Shown here piece by piece: positions 28,522 through 42,603 of a DNA stretch of 64,000 nucleotides (position 1 is its first letter; each line of letters opens with the position of its first letter). This DNA comes from Eledone cirrhosa (taxonomy: Eukaryota). The notes beneath the pieces were generated by a model. It searched no databases. It saw only the letters and a program-made list of their open reading frames with translations, and was not told the origin of the DNA. The position numbers were made by a program, and so were the translations under genes. The DNA lies in contig OZ024742.1 of NCBI GenBank assembly GCA_964016885.1, positions 209,746,001-209,810,000 on the forward strand. The letters run 5' to 3'.

Positions 28522-29259
28522 CTTATTACCATAATTAGATATTACAAACTCTTTAATAAAAATAACATTAAAATCTCATTCTCCACAACACCTAACCTAG
28601 CTAGCCACATCGCATTCAGTAACCATCATAAGCTAAGACAGTATAACTCCGACACCGCGGTACCACCACCCCTATCAAATACAACAGGCCACTACACCAA
28701 TAATTACTCTAGTAGCACACCTTCCCCATCTAATCCTTCTAGCACGGACCTACCGCTTAGGTTAAACTGCCCTACTCTCACTAACCGCAGGAGCAACTGC
28801 AACTGCCGTTACCCCAATGCATTCCCATTAAATGGACACTGCCTGACACCCAACATAGTCTATAGGTGCACGGTTAAAACTGCTTCGAATACCAGCTCTT
28901 ATATCGGGTCTACCTCTAACCCTTTTAAGGTACGCTATAACGCCCACTCTTTTTCCTCCCGAGACCCTAGCAACAGATGCTCGACATCGCTAGCTAGGCT
29001 TATTAAAAACCTTAAATTAAACAACGTTCAACACTCACTAAAATGGGATATCGTGGCTAGGGCCCAACCGTTCAATGGACGAAGAAAATCTTGTGATCTC
29101 TGTATTACAGAAGCATATTACATAACTCTATCACGACCTCTACCGATTAATGATAGAACGGAGGTAACTATTAGCTGTCAACATCGAAGGGCTAATTCCT
29201 TCGCCAATAGAATACTTGACCCAACTTATTCATCTAGCCCCATTTTTACTTGTAGCTAA
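28522..29259 (+). pseudogene. Penelope-like (Naiad-type) RT C-terminus plus GIY-YIG endonuclease, open frame without ATG
   Basis: KLFNKNNIKISFSTTPNL...CNCR..FPLNGHCL..NIVYRCTV...SYIGSTSNPFKVRYNAH...LKWDIVARAQPF...CDLCITE...INDRTE..SCQH. Confidence 0.88.
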
Positions 29260-29597
29260 TAAGTTAAATTGCTATGAACAACTTAGATAATTATAAGTTA
29301 CCTCCCCTACATTGTCTCTCAATTAAAAAATTTAAAAATTAGCACTTAACTATAAACACCCACAATTTCTAATCTCTCGAGGAGTTACTTCCTCTGAAGC
29401 CACCCTCTAATTAGTAAGGTAAATATGCCCTTTGGCAGCCATCTTGTTACCCATAGGCAGATCTCACACAATGCAGCCTCGACAGATGAATACTGCTTGA
29501 TTATGGCTGACAACTGATGCAACCAAGACACCATAGTAAAAACCAATATATGGAACATTATATTATGTAACATTATCCTATTATTTTAATTTATATT

Positions 29598-29728
29598 CCT
29601 TTGAAGTTCCGATGAGCCACTCTGTCTTTTAAATATGTTAATTATTTTCAACTGAACCAGATCAATTATGATATATAGTCATCTGATCCAGAAATATTAT
29701 ATGGAGTAGCGAAACAATTGTAAACGGA
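29598..29728 (+). ncRNA. Hammerhead ribozyme in the Penelope pLTR (inverted copy at ~28056-28185)
   Basis: TCC..GTT-CCGATGA-GCCACTC...GAGTAGC-GAAA-CAATTG-TA^-AAC-GGA. Long stem II, palindromic stem III. Confidence 0.65.
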
Positions 29729-29984
29729 CATTATTATTATTATTAATATTATTATTATTATTCTCTACATTCCTTACATCAAACTAAAATATGTTGACAA
29801 TCTTTTAATAATGTCTTCCTTGTAAAATTTGTGGTCTTGTCTTGGTTAACTAATGAATATATATATATATAGTTAGGGAAGCAGAAAATTGCTTATTGTA
29901 ATCCATATATATATATATATATTCCTTCTATATACTGTACCGATTGTATTGCTATTTCTGTTTACATTTTACACACACACACAC

Positions 29985-30015
<31 letters not shown>

Positions 30016-30035
30016 TGTATGTATGTATGCATGTA

Positions 30036-30115
<80 letters not shown>

Positions 30116-30129
30116 ACATATAAGAAATG

Positions 30130-30645
30130 GAGATCAGCTCAGAAATGAGTAATAGAAAGGTTAACATCATACTGAAGGGAGAAAAATGAACTATTGGACC
30201 CAAGTACATAGAATCAACTTTGACCAAGGACGACAGATCTCAAAAAAAGATAATGACAAGTCTTCTACTGGCTCTTCTGCCATGACGAAGTTGAACAAAA
30301 TATTGAAAATCAGCCCCATTAGTTTTCCAACGCGGCTCAAAATGTACAAGTTCCTGGTGAATTCTGTGTAAGGAAACACTCCTTACAATGATTAGAAAAT
30401 GGAAGCTCGCTTGTACGGTCATGTATCCAACCACCACTCACTTTCTAAAACCATCCTTCAGGGCACACTTGAGGGAGGGCGAGGAAGAGGCACATAAAAA
30501 GCAATTCTCCGACAAAATCATGGGCTGAACAGGTGATAACACGACGGAGAATACAGACCAGTTGTGTCCGTTGACTGCAAAAGCCTGTATAATGACACCC
30601 ATGTGACTGGCTACTCCAGTTGCGACAACTTTATGATGACGATGC
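30130..30645 (+). pseudogene. Highly decayed RTE-like LINE 3' fragment
   Basis: SAMTKLNKILK...ISFPTRLKMYKFLV and LSKTILQGTLEGGRGRG in shifting frames. Confidence 0.65.
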
Positions 30646-30766
30646 ATATAAACACCTATATATATATATATACGTGTGTGTGCGTCTATGTGTCTGCGTG
30701 AGTATGTGTATGTGTATACACATGCACATTATATGCATGTGTGAATGTATGTGTATATATATGTGA

Positions 30767-30820
<54 letters not shown>

Positions 30821-30950
30821 ATGTGTGTGTGTGTGTCTGTGTGTGTGTGTGTGTGTGTTTAACGCTTAACATAGTAGTAAAATAGTATGAATGTTTTTTC
30901 AGGAGGAAGACACATGCATAGTTAGACATTCATAACGGTATGTGTGTTTA

Positions 30951-31003
<53 letters not shown>

Positions 31004-31869
31004 ACACACACACATATATATATATATGTATACGTACATACATATATAAATATATATATGTGTATACATACATATATATATATATATACATACATATGCA
31101 CACATATATGAGTATGTATGTATGTATGTATGTATGTATGTATGTATGTATGTATGTATGAATTGTTTAGACATACACACATACATTCAAGCGCACACAT
31201 ATATATAGAATGGAATTAATTAGCTTTAAAATCAATTCAAAATTTAGTTTTCTTCTTTTTCCGTCAATTTACTTGTACAGCAAGAGCCAAGGTGATTATC
31301 AGCAAATTCCACGTGAAATATCTTCTAGGATGGAAACAAAGGAATTATATCTGAGTTAAAATATAAATCGGCTTTCCTACTAATTAGCGAATATTCTCTG
31401 CTATCAGTTACACTTCACCTATATGTCATAGCTTTGAAGAAGACAAAAAGTAATTGGACGTCTAGAAACTCACACATATACAGACACACACATGCATGTA
31501 TATATGTGTGTTTGTGTCTTCATGACTGTGTGTCTGTGTGAGACTGTGTTTGTGTGTGTGTGTGTCTGTGTGAGACTGTGTTTGTGTTTGTGCCTCTGTG
31601 TGTGAATGTGTGTGACAGTGCTTGTATCTGCGCGTGTGTACATTGTACTATTTCTTCTATTCCTTAGCTTCATTTGCAGTCTGGACATGATTCATATTAT
31701 TATCACTAACTTCTTTTATATAAGTAAAGTTCGTTGCAGAGAATTTCACCTTTGGATTGAGTTGTCCGATATTTCGAAATCTAACATCTCGATAAGTTTA
31801 GTTAAATATTATATCGAAAACAGTGGAGTATTTATTTTTGCTATGAACATTAAGGATTGAGAGGTACTC

Positions 31870-32060
31870 ACTGTCTCTATTAACTTTTTAGATATCACTA
31901 TGGATCTATTCACAAGTCGCTACCGCCCTTATCTCAAGCCAAATGAGAACCTTCACTGCGTACATCGGAGCTCCAATCACCTCAAATTGTCGGCAACCGA
32001 GGAACTTTTCATGGAAAACGAGACCCTAAGTAGCAGTGGATACAAAAATAAAGTATATAC
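31870..32060 (+). pseudogene. Penelope-like (Naiad-type) RT thumb fragment
   Basis: INFLDITMDLFTSRYRPYLKPNENLHCVHRSSNH, matching the NFLDxT..YxPYxKPN..SNHP motif. Confidence 0.7.
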
Positions 32061-32389
32061 TAAAGACTACAAAATCTGATACTTCTAATACGAATACTCC
32101 ACCCATGGGTATTACTAATGATAACTTTTTTAAATCCCTACTAAGAATTTAAAAAACCAGAATGGTCGTGATCGCATTCAGCCAGGGCTTAACAATATTA
32201 CTACTGTAAGTAAAACCTACACAAATTTTAACGCAACGCCAGACACCCCCTAAGATCACTACACGTATGAAAATAATAACTCTAGGATAATAGATAATAC
32301 TAATCATAAGCCAGCTTTTACGTCCAATAACTCTATAAACCTACAAACAACGATAAAACAAAATACAATAAACATTTAACTCGAAGTCA

Positions 32390-33030
32390 CATTCGTGTGC
32401 CCGCAGTCTGCCACCCTTGATGCTAGCTCAAAGCGTTCATGCGACCGCGTAAACGCGAAACTCATCGAGGGGGATGTCTCGGCTGCCATTTGGGTAGTCG
32501 CCTCTGGCGACACTGTCCTCAACCCCACCGAGGAGGTCTTGGCTGCTCTTCAGCTCAAACATCCCGAGCCACCTGCAGACCTCAGACACACACTCACCTG
32601 ACCCTCAACCACTTTACCTGGCCTCCGAGAAGCAGAACATCTCTGCTCTGGGGTCTTTTTCTGCCAGTAGCATCTGAGGCGCCGATGGTCACCGACACGG
32701 ACACCTCAAAGTCTTGGTGTCCCCCCTCCATGCCGAAGTTGAACGCCGCCTGCTGAGCGCCATCCTGGCCCTCAACAAATTCATTCACGGCGCCATGGAC
32801 CCTTATTTATGAGGCCGCTTTCTCCATACCGCACCACTCTCAGGAAGAAAGATGGGGGAATAGGTCCATCGCGGTAGGAAACGTCTTCCGGAGGCTCGCA
32901 GCCAAGATCATCTGCAAGTGTGTTGCACCTAAGCTAGGCGAGGATGTCAGCCCAGTGCAGTTGGGAGTTGGTGTGTCCAGTGTGTGTGAGGGAGCCTCCC
33001 ACTTAGCTAGACAGTCCTCCTGATACTGTG
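32390..33030 (+). pseudogene. CRE-clade-like non-LTR retrotransposon RT fragment
   Basis: AKLIEGDVSAAI...LAALQLKHP and KKDGGIGPIAVG-like/NVFRRLAAK...PVQLGVGV..VCEG. Confidence 0.7.
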
Positions 33031-33107
33031 CATCAAATTTAGGTATAAGCATTGAGCACAGAAACAGGTACCTCTTGTGTGGGGATGTGAGTGAGTGTTT
33101 GTGTGTA

Positions 33108-33196
<89 letters not shown>

Positions 33197-33201
33197 TGTG
33201 T

Positions 33202-33276
<75 letters not shown>

Positions 33277-33458
33277 CGCGCGCGCGTGTGTGTGTATGTA
33301 AAAAGAGGAAGTTAGACGAGATATCTCGTTGAGTCTTAACTAGATATGGATACAGAAATATACACCTAACTACACACAAACTGAATACTTATATGTTCAC
33401 AGACACATTTATGTCTCTCTCTCTCCCCCTCTCTCACACACCCACACACACCCACACA

Positions 33459-33528
<70 letters not shown>

Positions 33529-33605
33529 ATACATTTATACATTTTATAGCCATGTCAGTAGAATGAACCCTTCATTCTTGCTCTTGTCGTGGCATGTAAA
33601 CAGAA

Positions 33606-33648
33606 CTGCAGACACTAATGTTCTGGGTGTCACCCTTCATCAGTACAG
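33606..33648 (-). ncRNA. Degenerate minimal hammerhead (one A lost from GAAA)
   Basis: Minus strand: CTGTA-CTGATGA-aGGGT gac ACCCa-GAA-CATTAGTG-TC^-TGCAG. Same stem II as 17533-17587. Confidence 0.55.
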
Positions 33649-33675
33649 CTCACTGTTCACCTGCCAATATATATA

Positions 33676-34722
33676 CTAGCCGGATTACCCGCGCCTTGCT
33701 GCGTTTCACACATTTTTTTTTTTTTTTGAAAGAAAATGATAATTTATTTTAAATCAGTGATATAATTTATGGAGAAAAACTCTGCATTCCAATATTACTC
33801 AATGTAAAATGTAATGCATGAAAAATTGGAAAACATTACTTTTTGTAATATATCAAATCAAAATTACATTATTCAATCTTATTCTTATTTTGTTTCTTGT
33901 AAATAATTTTTTTCAAAATATCAATTCAAAACTTGATCATTTCATTTTTGTGTAAAGCATTATTTTCAAATTAGAAATTCAAAGTTTAATAATTTTTTTT
34001 TTGACATAATAAATACATGAAAATATATTTCATACTTTGTCTTAATGAAGAACTTCCGGGTAAACAACATTTCTTGTCTTTCTTTGATTGGCTAAAATGT
34101 AGAGATTTTTTGAAGTTCCAGTCCTTGAAACAGCCACATAAAACATGCCATGACTGAAACATGGGTTTGTCAGATCTATACCAATAGTTTTGAAAGTTTG
34201 ATCTTGACTCTTATTGATGCTCATGGCAAAGCATGGCCTCACTGGGAACTGCAGCCTCTTAAATGTAAAAGGCAACTCGCTATCACTTGGTATAAGTGGA
34301 ATCCTTGAAATGAGAAGAGCTTGACCTTTGTAAGCCCCAAATATAATGGTTGCTTCAATCAAGTTCTCATGCAATCTTGTTACAACACATCTTGTTCCAT
34401 TTATTGACCAACATTTTCATTATAGGGAGTTTAAGCCCCATTAGAGTATCTTAATATTGTTGAAATATGCTGAAATTTTGTGACTAGGCTTCATACCTTG
34501 TCATTTACCTATAGTTTAAATTTCATATAAGTCGAAGGGAAAATATTTTCAGCGGGGGTTTGTGCCCCCGGGGAACCCTTTGATTAAAATGAAATATACT
34601 TATCCAAGTACTCTGGGCAATGTAGTTTCGGAATATATATGGTTATGGGGATCTATCTCCAAAACCATAGGGGGAGTTCGTGAACAAACAAACAAATAGA
34701 CAGGAATTACAACTTTAAATAT
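33676..34722 (-). mobile_element. Internally deleted Helitron retaining the Pif1-like helicase C-terminus
   Basis: Hairpin plus CTAG at 33676, and a 5' TATATTTAAA plus (TTTG)n end. Contains the helicase fragment below. Confidence 0.8.
34042..34400 (-). pseudogene. Helitron RepHel Pif1-family helicase C-terminal fragment
   Basis: RIPLIPSD..LPFTFKRLQFPVRPCFAMSINKSQ..T...G.DL..PCFSHG.FYVAVSR...TRNVVYPEVL. Confidence 0.92.
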
Positions 34723-34728
34723 ATACAG

Positions 34729-34761
<33 letters not shown>

Positions 34762-35197
34762 CTTTTTCGAGTTTTAATCCAATCTTGGTCAATAATTCAT
34801 CAATACGCTAGATTCGAAATCCAATAGATCTCTCTGAATATCATATATTTTTGAAAGAACAAATAATTTCCGCGTAAAACATAAAAGAAATAAAAAGGAT
34901 TGACTTCAACTTGCGAAGTTAAGCATAATATTGGTAATGTTGAAGAGAATTCTTAACCGTGTGAGCGATTTATTAAATGACTCGATGCATAAGAGATGCA
35001 AAATATATATCTATAAAAAGAGAGGGGGAGAGAAGATAAAAATACAAACATACACATACACATACATAGACACATGCATACAAAGACACATGCATACATA
35101 GACACATGCATACAAATCAATATATACATATATACATACAATATATATATATATACATACAATATATATATATATTTATTATATATATATATATATT

Positions 35198-35567
<370 letters not shown>

Positions 35568-35605
35568 AATATATACATATATATATATATATATAAATAT
35601 ATACA

Positions 35606-35667
<62 letters not shown>

Positions 35668-35676
35668 AATATATAC

Positions 35677-35709
<33 letters not shown>

Positions 35710-35710
35710 A

Positions 35711-35761
<51 letters not shown>

Positions 35762-35762
35762 A

Positions 35763-35813
<51 letters not shown>

Positions 35814-35814
35814 A

Positions 35815-35949
<135 letters not shown>

Positions 35950-35954
35950 TATAC

Positions 35955-36051
<97 letters not shown>

Positions 36052-36544
36052 AATGAAGGATTTTACTGTACGATTTACTGAATTAGACTGATCGTGAACA
36101 ACAAGCTAATAATAATACAAACACAGACACATACATACAAAGAAATATATATGTGTGTATCACTGTGCGTTTGTGTGTGCGTGTAAAGTCTGACAAGTTT
36201 CGAAAACATTGTGACATGACAAGAGCATTTCAAGCTCAAAATGTTTCTACAGTGAGCAATTAAAAAGAGTATATACATCCGAGGTATAATCCATCAAGTC
36301 GAATAAATTGAATGAATGCAACTTTACAGAGCATTACTTCTTTAAAATAATTTTGAACCAAGAATAAATTTGGAAGAATTTCATTTATTCAGTTTACAGT
36401 GGGGTGGGGGGTAAAAACATTGAGTTATTTGGTTTCTTGATTATTCAACAAAGTTAATTTACAATAGATTAGAAGCACTCAACGGTGTTTACCCGGAGTA
36501 TCATTAATATCAATAATATTTATTAATGGAAAATATCTTTATAA

Positions 36545-37715
36545 AACCATATTTAAATAGCCGAACTTTTCAAGGGGGTACTTCCTTATATGGGAAGATT
36601 GTAGTTGTCAAGAGGATTGGTTAAAATTTGTTGTTAACACAAATAAGTCTACCATGGTATTTGGTGGGAGATAGGGGTGGCTGAACTTGCCTGTAGAACA
36701 ATAGGGGAGTAAGTGGAGCGGACAAGCAGTTGAAGTGATATCTATACAGCCGATTCTAAGGCTTGTGTATGAAGTGGAGGAGGGAGGTAATAGAAAAGGT
36801 AAATCGAATGAGAGTAGGAGACAATAAAAGATAATAGAAATAAATAAAAAAATATATATATATATATAAAATTAGATAGTGAGAAATGAATTAAAAAAAT
36901 CACAATGCTATCTTACAATTTCGGGTTAATAATTTTAGAATAGAAAAAACTTGTAGAAATTTAGTAGTACCAGAGTGATACAGAATTAAAGGGGTTTAAC
37001 ACGTCTGCTATAAGTAGTTAGAAAAACGTATTCGGCCAATTCTATCTTAAAATTACAGGAGTGGGGGAACTGATGCTACAGAGGCCCGATGGGCTGCATC
37101 GGAGTAGGCGAAGAGGAAAAGCAGACAAGGAAGAAAATAGAGGGTGGAAAGAAACAGGGGGAAGAAGAAGACAAAGAGGAAAAGAAAAGAAAAGAGATAC
37201 ATCTACCTAAGTAAGGTGGGGTTTCCTCTAACTTATTCGGCAAGTAGGGGGTATCAGCCCTAGTCTACCCACCCGGGTCGTTATGGGGTTTGAGGGCGAG
37301 GTAAGTCCTACGCAATCTGTGTTTGCATGCGGTTACCAGTTCCTCTTTCTTGTTTAGGAGCTGGTCCTTCGAAAACAGCATTTGTAATGTTTCATCCGAG
37401 CATAATATAACCTACGATCTCACTTGGAGCTTACTGTCCAAAGCTAACTCTTACACGGGAGGACGCCGTCCGTGTAATTTATGCTCGGAGGAAACATTGA
37501 CAACTACAATCTTCCCATTTAAGGAAGTACCCCCTTGAAAAGTTCGGCTATTTATTCACCAGGCTAAAAATTTTAATTTAGTCCAGAAATAGCCGTTGAA
37601 ACAGCTTGAGCTCTGCCGTCGAGTTCATACTTTTTCCTATTTCCTACTCTACTACCCTAAGTATTGAGTACTCTGGTGCGTTATGGTCCATCTTGTTCCT
37701 TACCACAATTCCATT
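36545..37715. mobile_element. Rearranged Naiad-type Penelope fragment: split GIY-YIG C-terminus plus pLTR
   Basis: Plus 37400-37497 encodes NITYDLTWSLLSKANSYTGGRRPCNLCSEE. Minus 37395-37290 continues ETLQMLFSKDQLLNKKEELVTACKHR. Inverted repeat at 36555-36610 / 37497-37554, followed by the 'ccccgacggc' unit. Confidence 0.75.
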
Positions 37716-37963
37716 GTTATATATATATATGTGTATACCTGTGTATTTGCTAGCATTAGCGTACATCTGTACGCATATGTTAGTAGATATACTAAATTCT
37801 CTCTCTCTATATATATATATATATGTTCATCCCTGGTTCAATCGAGGGTAACCAAAGTAAGTAAAGTACTCAATACATAGTAGAGTATAAATATTTAATA
37901 TCGAAATGGCTTCTTCAGGACTAGAACTATTTCATTCAGGAGAAATCACGAGGAAATCCTTGT

Positions 37964-38014
37964 GTTTTCCTGATGATTTCTTCCGAATGAAACAGTTCTA
38001 GTCCTGTAGAAGCC
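37964..38014 (+). ncRNA. Type I hammerhead ribozyme with a decayed inverted copy at 37908-37956
   Basis: GTTTTC-CTGATGA-tTTC ttcc GAAt-GAAA-CAG ttctagtc CTG-TA^-GAAGCC. Confidence 0.75.
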
Positions 38015-38017
38015 AAT

Positions 38018-38111
<94 letters not shown>

Positions 38112-38199
38112 CGAGGGAGGTGTGGTAAGGAACCTGATGAATAATAACGCACCAGAGTACTCAATACCCCGTCGGGGGTCAAACATTTTCCTATATATA

Positions 38200-38291
<92 letters not shown>

Positions 38292-38949
38292 TAGAGTAAG
38301 AGAAGAGACAGGAGAAGAGAGAGGAAGAGAGAGAGATATAGTCAGCGAGAGAGAGAGAGAGAGAGAGGTGGGGGAGGGCAATATTCAACAATAAAATCTA
38401 ATTTCGTATGCATGATTTCTGTGATTAAATATTGCCAAGAAATGAGAACACTGGGAAATATGTTTGTGTAGACTAAACAGTTGGAATACCATGTTGGAGA
38501 GGAATTATACTCAGTCAGGTGTGAACATATCAGCGTAATAGAAGATAGAACCGAGAGATATGTAATAACATAAATAAATACATGAAATAAAAACATATCA
38601 GGATATAGATTTGAGAAGAGATGGTTAAGGTCGACAACACCAACATTCACATACTTGTGAAAAAAATATGTGTATATATACATGTGTATGTATGCACATA
38701 TATGTGCGTACCTCTCATTATTGTCTCAAACTCCCTCACGGGCGAGTAACCACGGAAGTATAGTAACTGCTTTTAAGCAAACACTATAACGACTTTCAGT
38801 CAACCTTACCACCCCTCTGTAGCCTCGGTATCATGTATCAATATCTCCCTCCGCCTTCTGAGATATCTTTCACTGCTACAAGGGATTTAGTTCTCTTTTT
38901 CCTTTTTTGACCGGTGTATCACGTGATAATATCTCCCTCCGCCTTTTTG

Positions 38950-40180
38950 AGATTTTCTAGCCTGCATCCCTATGTATTTTGTCAATCAGGTATTTCGTGT
39001 TAATCTCCTGTTCTTGGATTGCAAAAGCTTATCCTTCAAAGTGGGAGCCAATTTAGCGGTTGTTGGTCCAAGATAGACTACTTTTCTTATCTATATTACT
39101 CTCACTCTGGAGCTTCCTGGCAACATATCCATGCATGATTTTTTTGCTGATAAGCATCCAGTTTTTCATCCATGGATTCACTGCGATACTGCTGAACAAC
39201 ATCCCTGGGTGTGAGTCTTTGATTATCACACAGGGAATATCTCTCGAGGAGTTCCTTCCCAACTCTCATGAACTTATCTGTTTCATGCAGATAGACTTAC
39301 TCGAGAGACGAGCTCCTACGCTTCGAGGTTTGTAGATGTTGTCGGAGAGATATGATGCGACATTCAAATGCTGTCTGGACTGATGTTAGGCATCCCTGCT
39401 TACGTTTCAAGTAAAAGCGTTCTATGTCACTGATGATGTGGACGTTTCCGGTGTTGTTTAGTTTTTTCGAGTTCTAACATCAACTGCTCGGATTTCGTCT
39501 ATCATCCAATTGAGTATTCCAAACGTTGGTGTTAGGACAGGCACAGCAAATACATTGTGAGCCACTGTTTTATTTTGCGCAGAGAGTTCCGATGACCAAA
39601 TCTTTCTTAATCGGGCGTAGTATTCCCTGGTTACGCGTTCTTTATTACAGATACCATTATAGGATATGTTCTCATCTATCCCCAGGTATCTGTAGCAGCC
39701 CTCATCAGATACCGGTGAAACAGTTAGGCCATTGATGACAATGTTGCTAGATTGGGTTGTTGTTTTTCCCCGCTTTACAGTCATGTATGAGCATTTATCT
39801 TGGCCAAACTCCATTCCTATATCCTTTGAGAACGTTGTAACCAGGTCAACATTTTTCTTCATCCCATCCATGTTCTTGGCATAGAGTTTCAGATCGTCCA
39901 CAAAGAAATTATGGGTTAAGTTCGTATTTCTATCCTCCTGTGAGCCAATGATGTATCCCTCACATTTCTTGAGCAGAAAGGACAAGGGGTTAAATGACAA
40001 GATGAATAATATCACACAGAGACTGTCCCTCTGAAATATACCCCTGCAATATTTTATTTTATCAGTGAAAGTAGAGTCCTCCCTCTCTGTCTTTAACCTT
40101 AGAATAGTAGCCCAAGAAGAAGACAGCCTCTCTATGGCTCCAACAATAATGTCTGGGACTTTAGCAAGTTGGAGGGCCTA
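38950..40180 (-). pseudogene. R4/Dong-like (RLE-type) LINE RT fragment
   Basis: RGIFQ.DSL...LSFNPLSFLL...HNFFVDDLKLY...FGQDKC...YRYLGI...AIQEQEINTKY. Confidence 0.85.
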
Positions 40181-40249
40181 TGTATGTATGTATATATGTA
40201 TGTATGTATATATCCAATAACACAAAGCTGTTGTACAGTCTCTTGTGTG

Positions 40250-42420
40250 AAGTTTATGGACCGTCTTCTTCTCTGGTGACACCGCTTCGCAGCAAGGATG
40301 GCAAATAATTTCTTCGTGACTCACAAGGAATTCTAAGAAGGTGGCGAGAGCACTTTCATGAGCTTTTGAATCAGCCGTCTGTCGTCAATGAAGATTTCCT
40401 CAATCTCATGCCAGAAAGTCCTGTGAAAGTAGCTCTCACAGAACCTCCGACGCTTGTGGAGGTTGCAGTGACTATCTCGAAGCTGAACAGTGGAAGGTCT
40501 CCAGGTATGGATGGCATACATGCAGATCTCCTACAATATGGTGGTGAGAGACTACTGCAACATCTTCACTCTTTCTTTGGAAGGATATGGGCTAATGAAT
40601 CCGTACCTGAGGACTAGAGAGATGCAGTATTGGTGGTCTTGTACAAGGGAAAGGGTAACAGGAATGATTGTGGGAACTACAGAGGTATATCATTGCTTTC
40701 TGTCGTAGGGAAAGTTTTATGTAGGGTGCTTCTGGACCGTCTGCTGTCACACATTGCAGATTGTGTTCTTCCTGAAAGTCAATCTGGTTTTCGTGTTAGA
40801 CGCGGCACTACTGATATGATCTTCTCAGCTAGACAGCTCCAGGAGAAGTGCATGGAACAAGGCTTGGATCTGTATCAGGTTTTTGTCGATCTGACAAAAG
40901 CTTTCGATACTGTTAACAGAAATGCATTATGGAAGGTTCTCCAGAAACTTGGTTGCCCTGATAAGTTCCTTGCTTTAGTCAGGTCTTTCCATGACGACAT
41001 GAAGGCTTGGGTTAATGTCGGAGGTAACATATCGGAGCCTATCTCAGTAAAAAGTGGAGTAAAACAGGGGGATATTCCAGCACCGACCCTGTTTGCCATA
41101 TACTTTGCGATGGTTTTCTATATTGCATTCAGGAATTGCGAGCATGGTGTTTACATCCGATATCGAACCTCAGGCAGCATATTTAACATCAGGTGCTTTG
41201 CTGCAAAAACAAAAGTATTTACATCAATCATAAGAGACCTCTTGTATTCAGATGATTGCGATCTTGTAGCGCACACAGAGTGATATGCAGCACATTTTGA
41301 ATGCATTTTTCTGATGCTTGCACTGCCCTAGCATTGACTGTCAGTCTCAAGAAAACCGTCGTCATGTACCAACCTGCTCCTGGTAATCAGTACAGTGAAC
41401 CAAATATCTATGTGTATGGTAAACGGCTTGGAGTGGTTGATCAGTTTGTCTACCTGGGAAGCACTGTCAATCGATACAGCAACCTTGATAATGAAATTCC
41501 ACTCAGGATTAGGAAAGCAAGTGATGCTGTCGAAAAGCTAGAAAGGCGACTCAGGGGTCAGCAAGACATATGCAAGAGGACAAAGGTAAAGGTGTACAAG
41601 GCATGTGTGCTCTCTTTTTTTCTTTATGCCTGTGAGACCTGGGTCACATATCGTCACCACCTTAAGCAATTGGAGCGTTTCCATCAGATGTGTCTCAGAC
41701 GAATCCATGGCGTTCACTGGAGGGACCACATCAGTGATGTCGAGATTTTGGAAAGCTCTATGTGTGACAGTATAGAAGCTCTTGTGCTTAAGCAACGACT
41801 CCGTTGGAGTGGTCACCTTGCCAGGATGAAGGATTCTAGAATACCAAAACAACTCTTTTATGGAGATTTAGTTAAAGGAAAACGATCGCCACATAAACCA
41901 AAAAAGAGGTATAAGGATTCCTTGAAAGCCTCTTTGAAAGACGCTAATATCTCTGCTGATACATGGGAAAATGTTGCTGCTGATCGTAATAAATGGAGAA
42001 AGACTGTATAGGAGGGAAAAGTTGCCTTTGAGGCATCTCGAATCGCATACGAGAAAGTAAAGCGGGATGTGAGCAAGGGCATTGCTGTTGCACTTCCAGA
42101 CGGCGAAGGTCCTTCTATGGTGCTGACATGCAGCGTCTATGCGGGACTCTGCCTAAGCAAAGTCATCTTCGCAGTCATAAAGTAAGACCAGTGGTTGACT
42201 ACCAGGCTGCTGTTGGAGATGCTACTCATCATGCTTGCCAAGCATGTGGTAGAGAATGTAAATCAGCAGGAGGGCTCAAACGACATGCAAAAGTACATGA
42301 ACTCCAACCACAGCCGGCTATTCCCAGTGAATGTTTTGGTTGCCAACTCTGTGCAAGACATTTTAGATCATTGGCTGGGCTAAAAAGCCAAATTCGATCG
42401 CAGCGCTGTTAATTGCTATC
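40250..42420 (+). pseudogene. RTE-BovB-like LINE ORF2 (RT plus C2H2 zinc fingers), 5'-truncated, with in-frame stops
   Basis: SPGMDGI...NYRGISLLS...PESQSGFR...FVDLTKAFD...GVKQG...LLYSDD...RLRWSGH, then CQACGRECKSAGGLKRH. Stops at ~40615, 41281 and 42009. Confidence 0.93.
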
Positions 42421-42603
42421 GTGTGTGTGTGTGTATAGATATGTTTGTGTGTGTGTGTATATATATATGTATATTATTATTGTTGTTGTTGTCGTTATTA
42501 TTATTATTATTATTATTGTTATTGTTATTCCTTGAATCTCAGTCATTGATGTTGGTTAACTGGAAAGTCCGTTGGATTGAATATCAAGCCACTACCTGCA
42601 GCC

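Larger units (their letters stand above)
27925..29862. mobile_element. 5'-truncated Naiad-type Penelope-like element with an inverted pLTR, in (TA)n
   Basis: ~610-bp inverted arms (27925-28530 and 29257-29862) flank a GIY-YIG coding segment. Confidence 0.88.
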
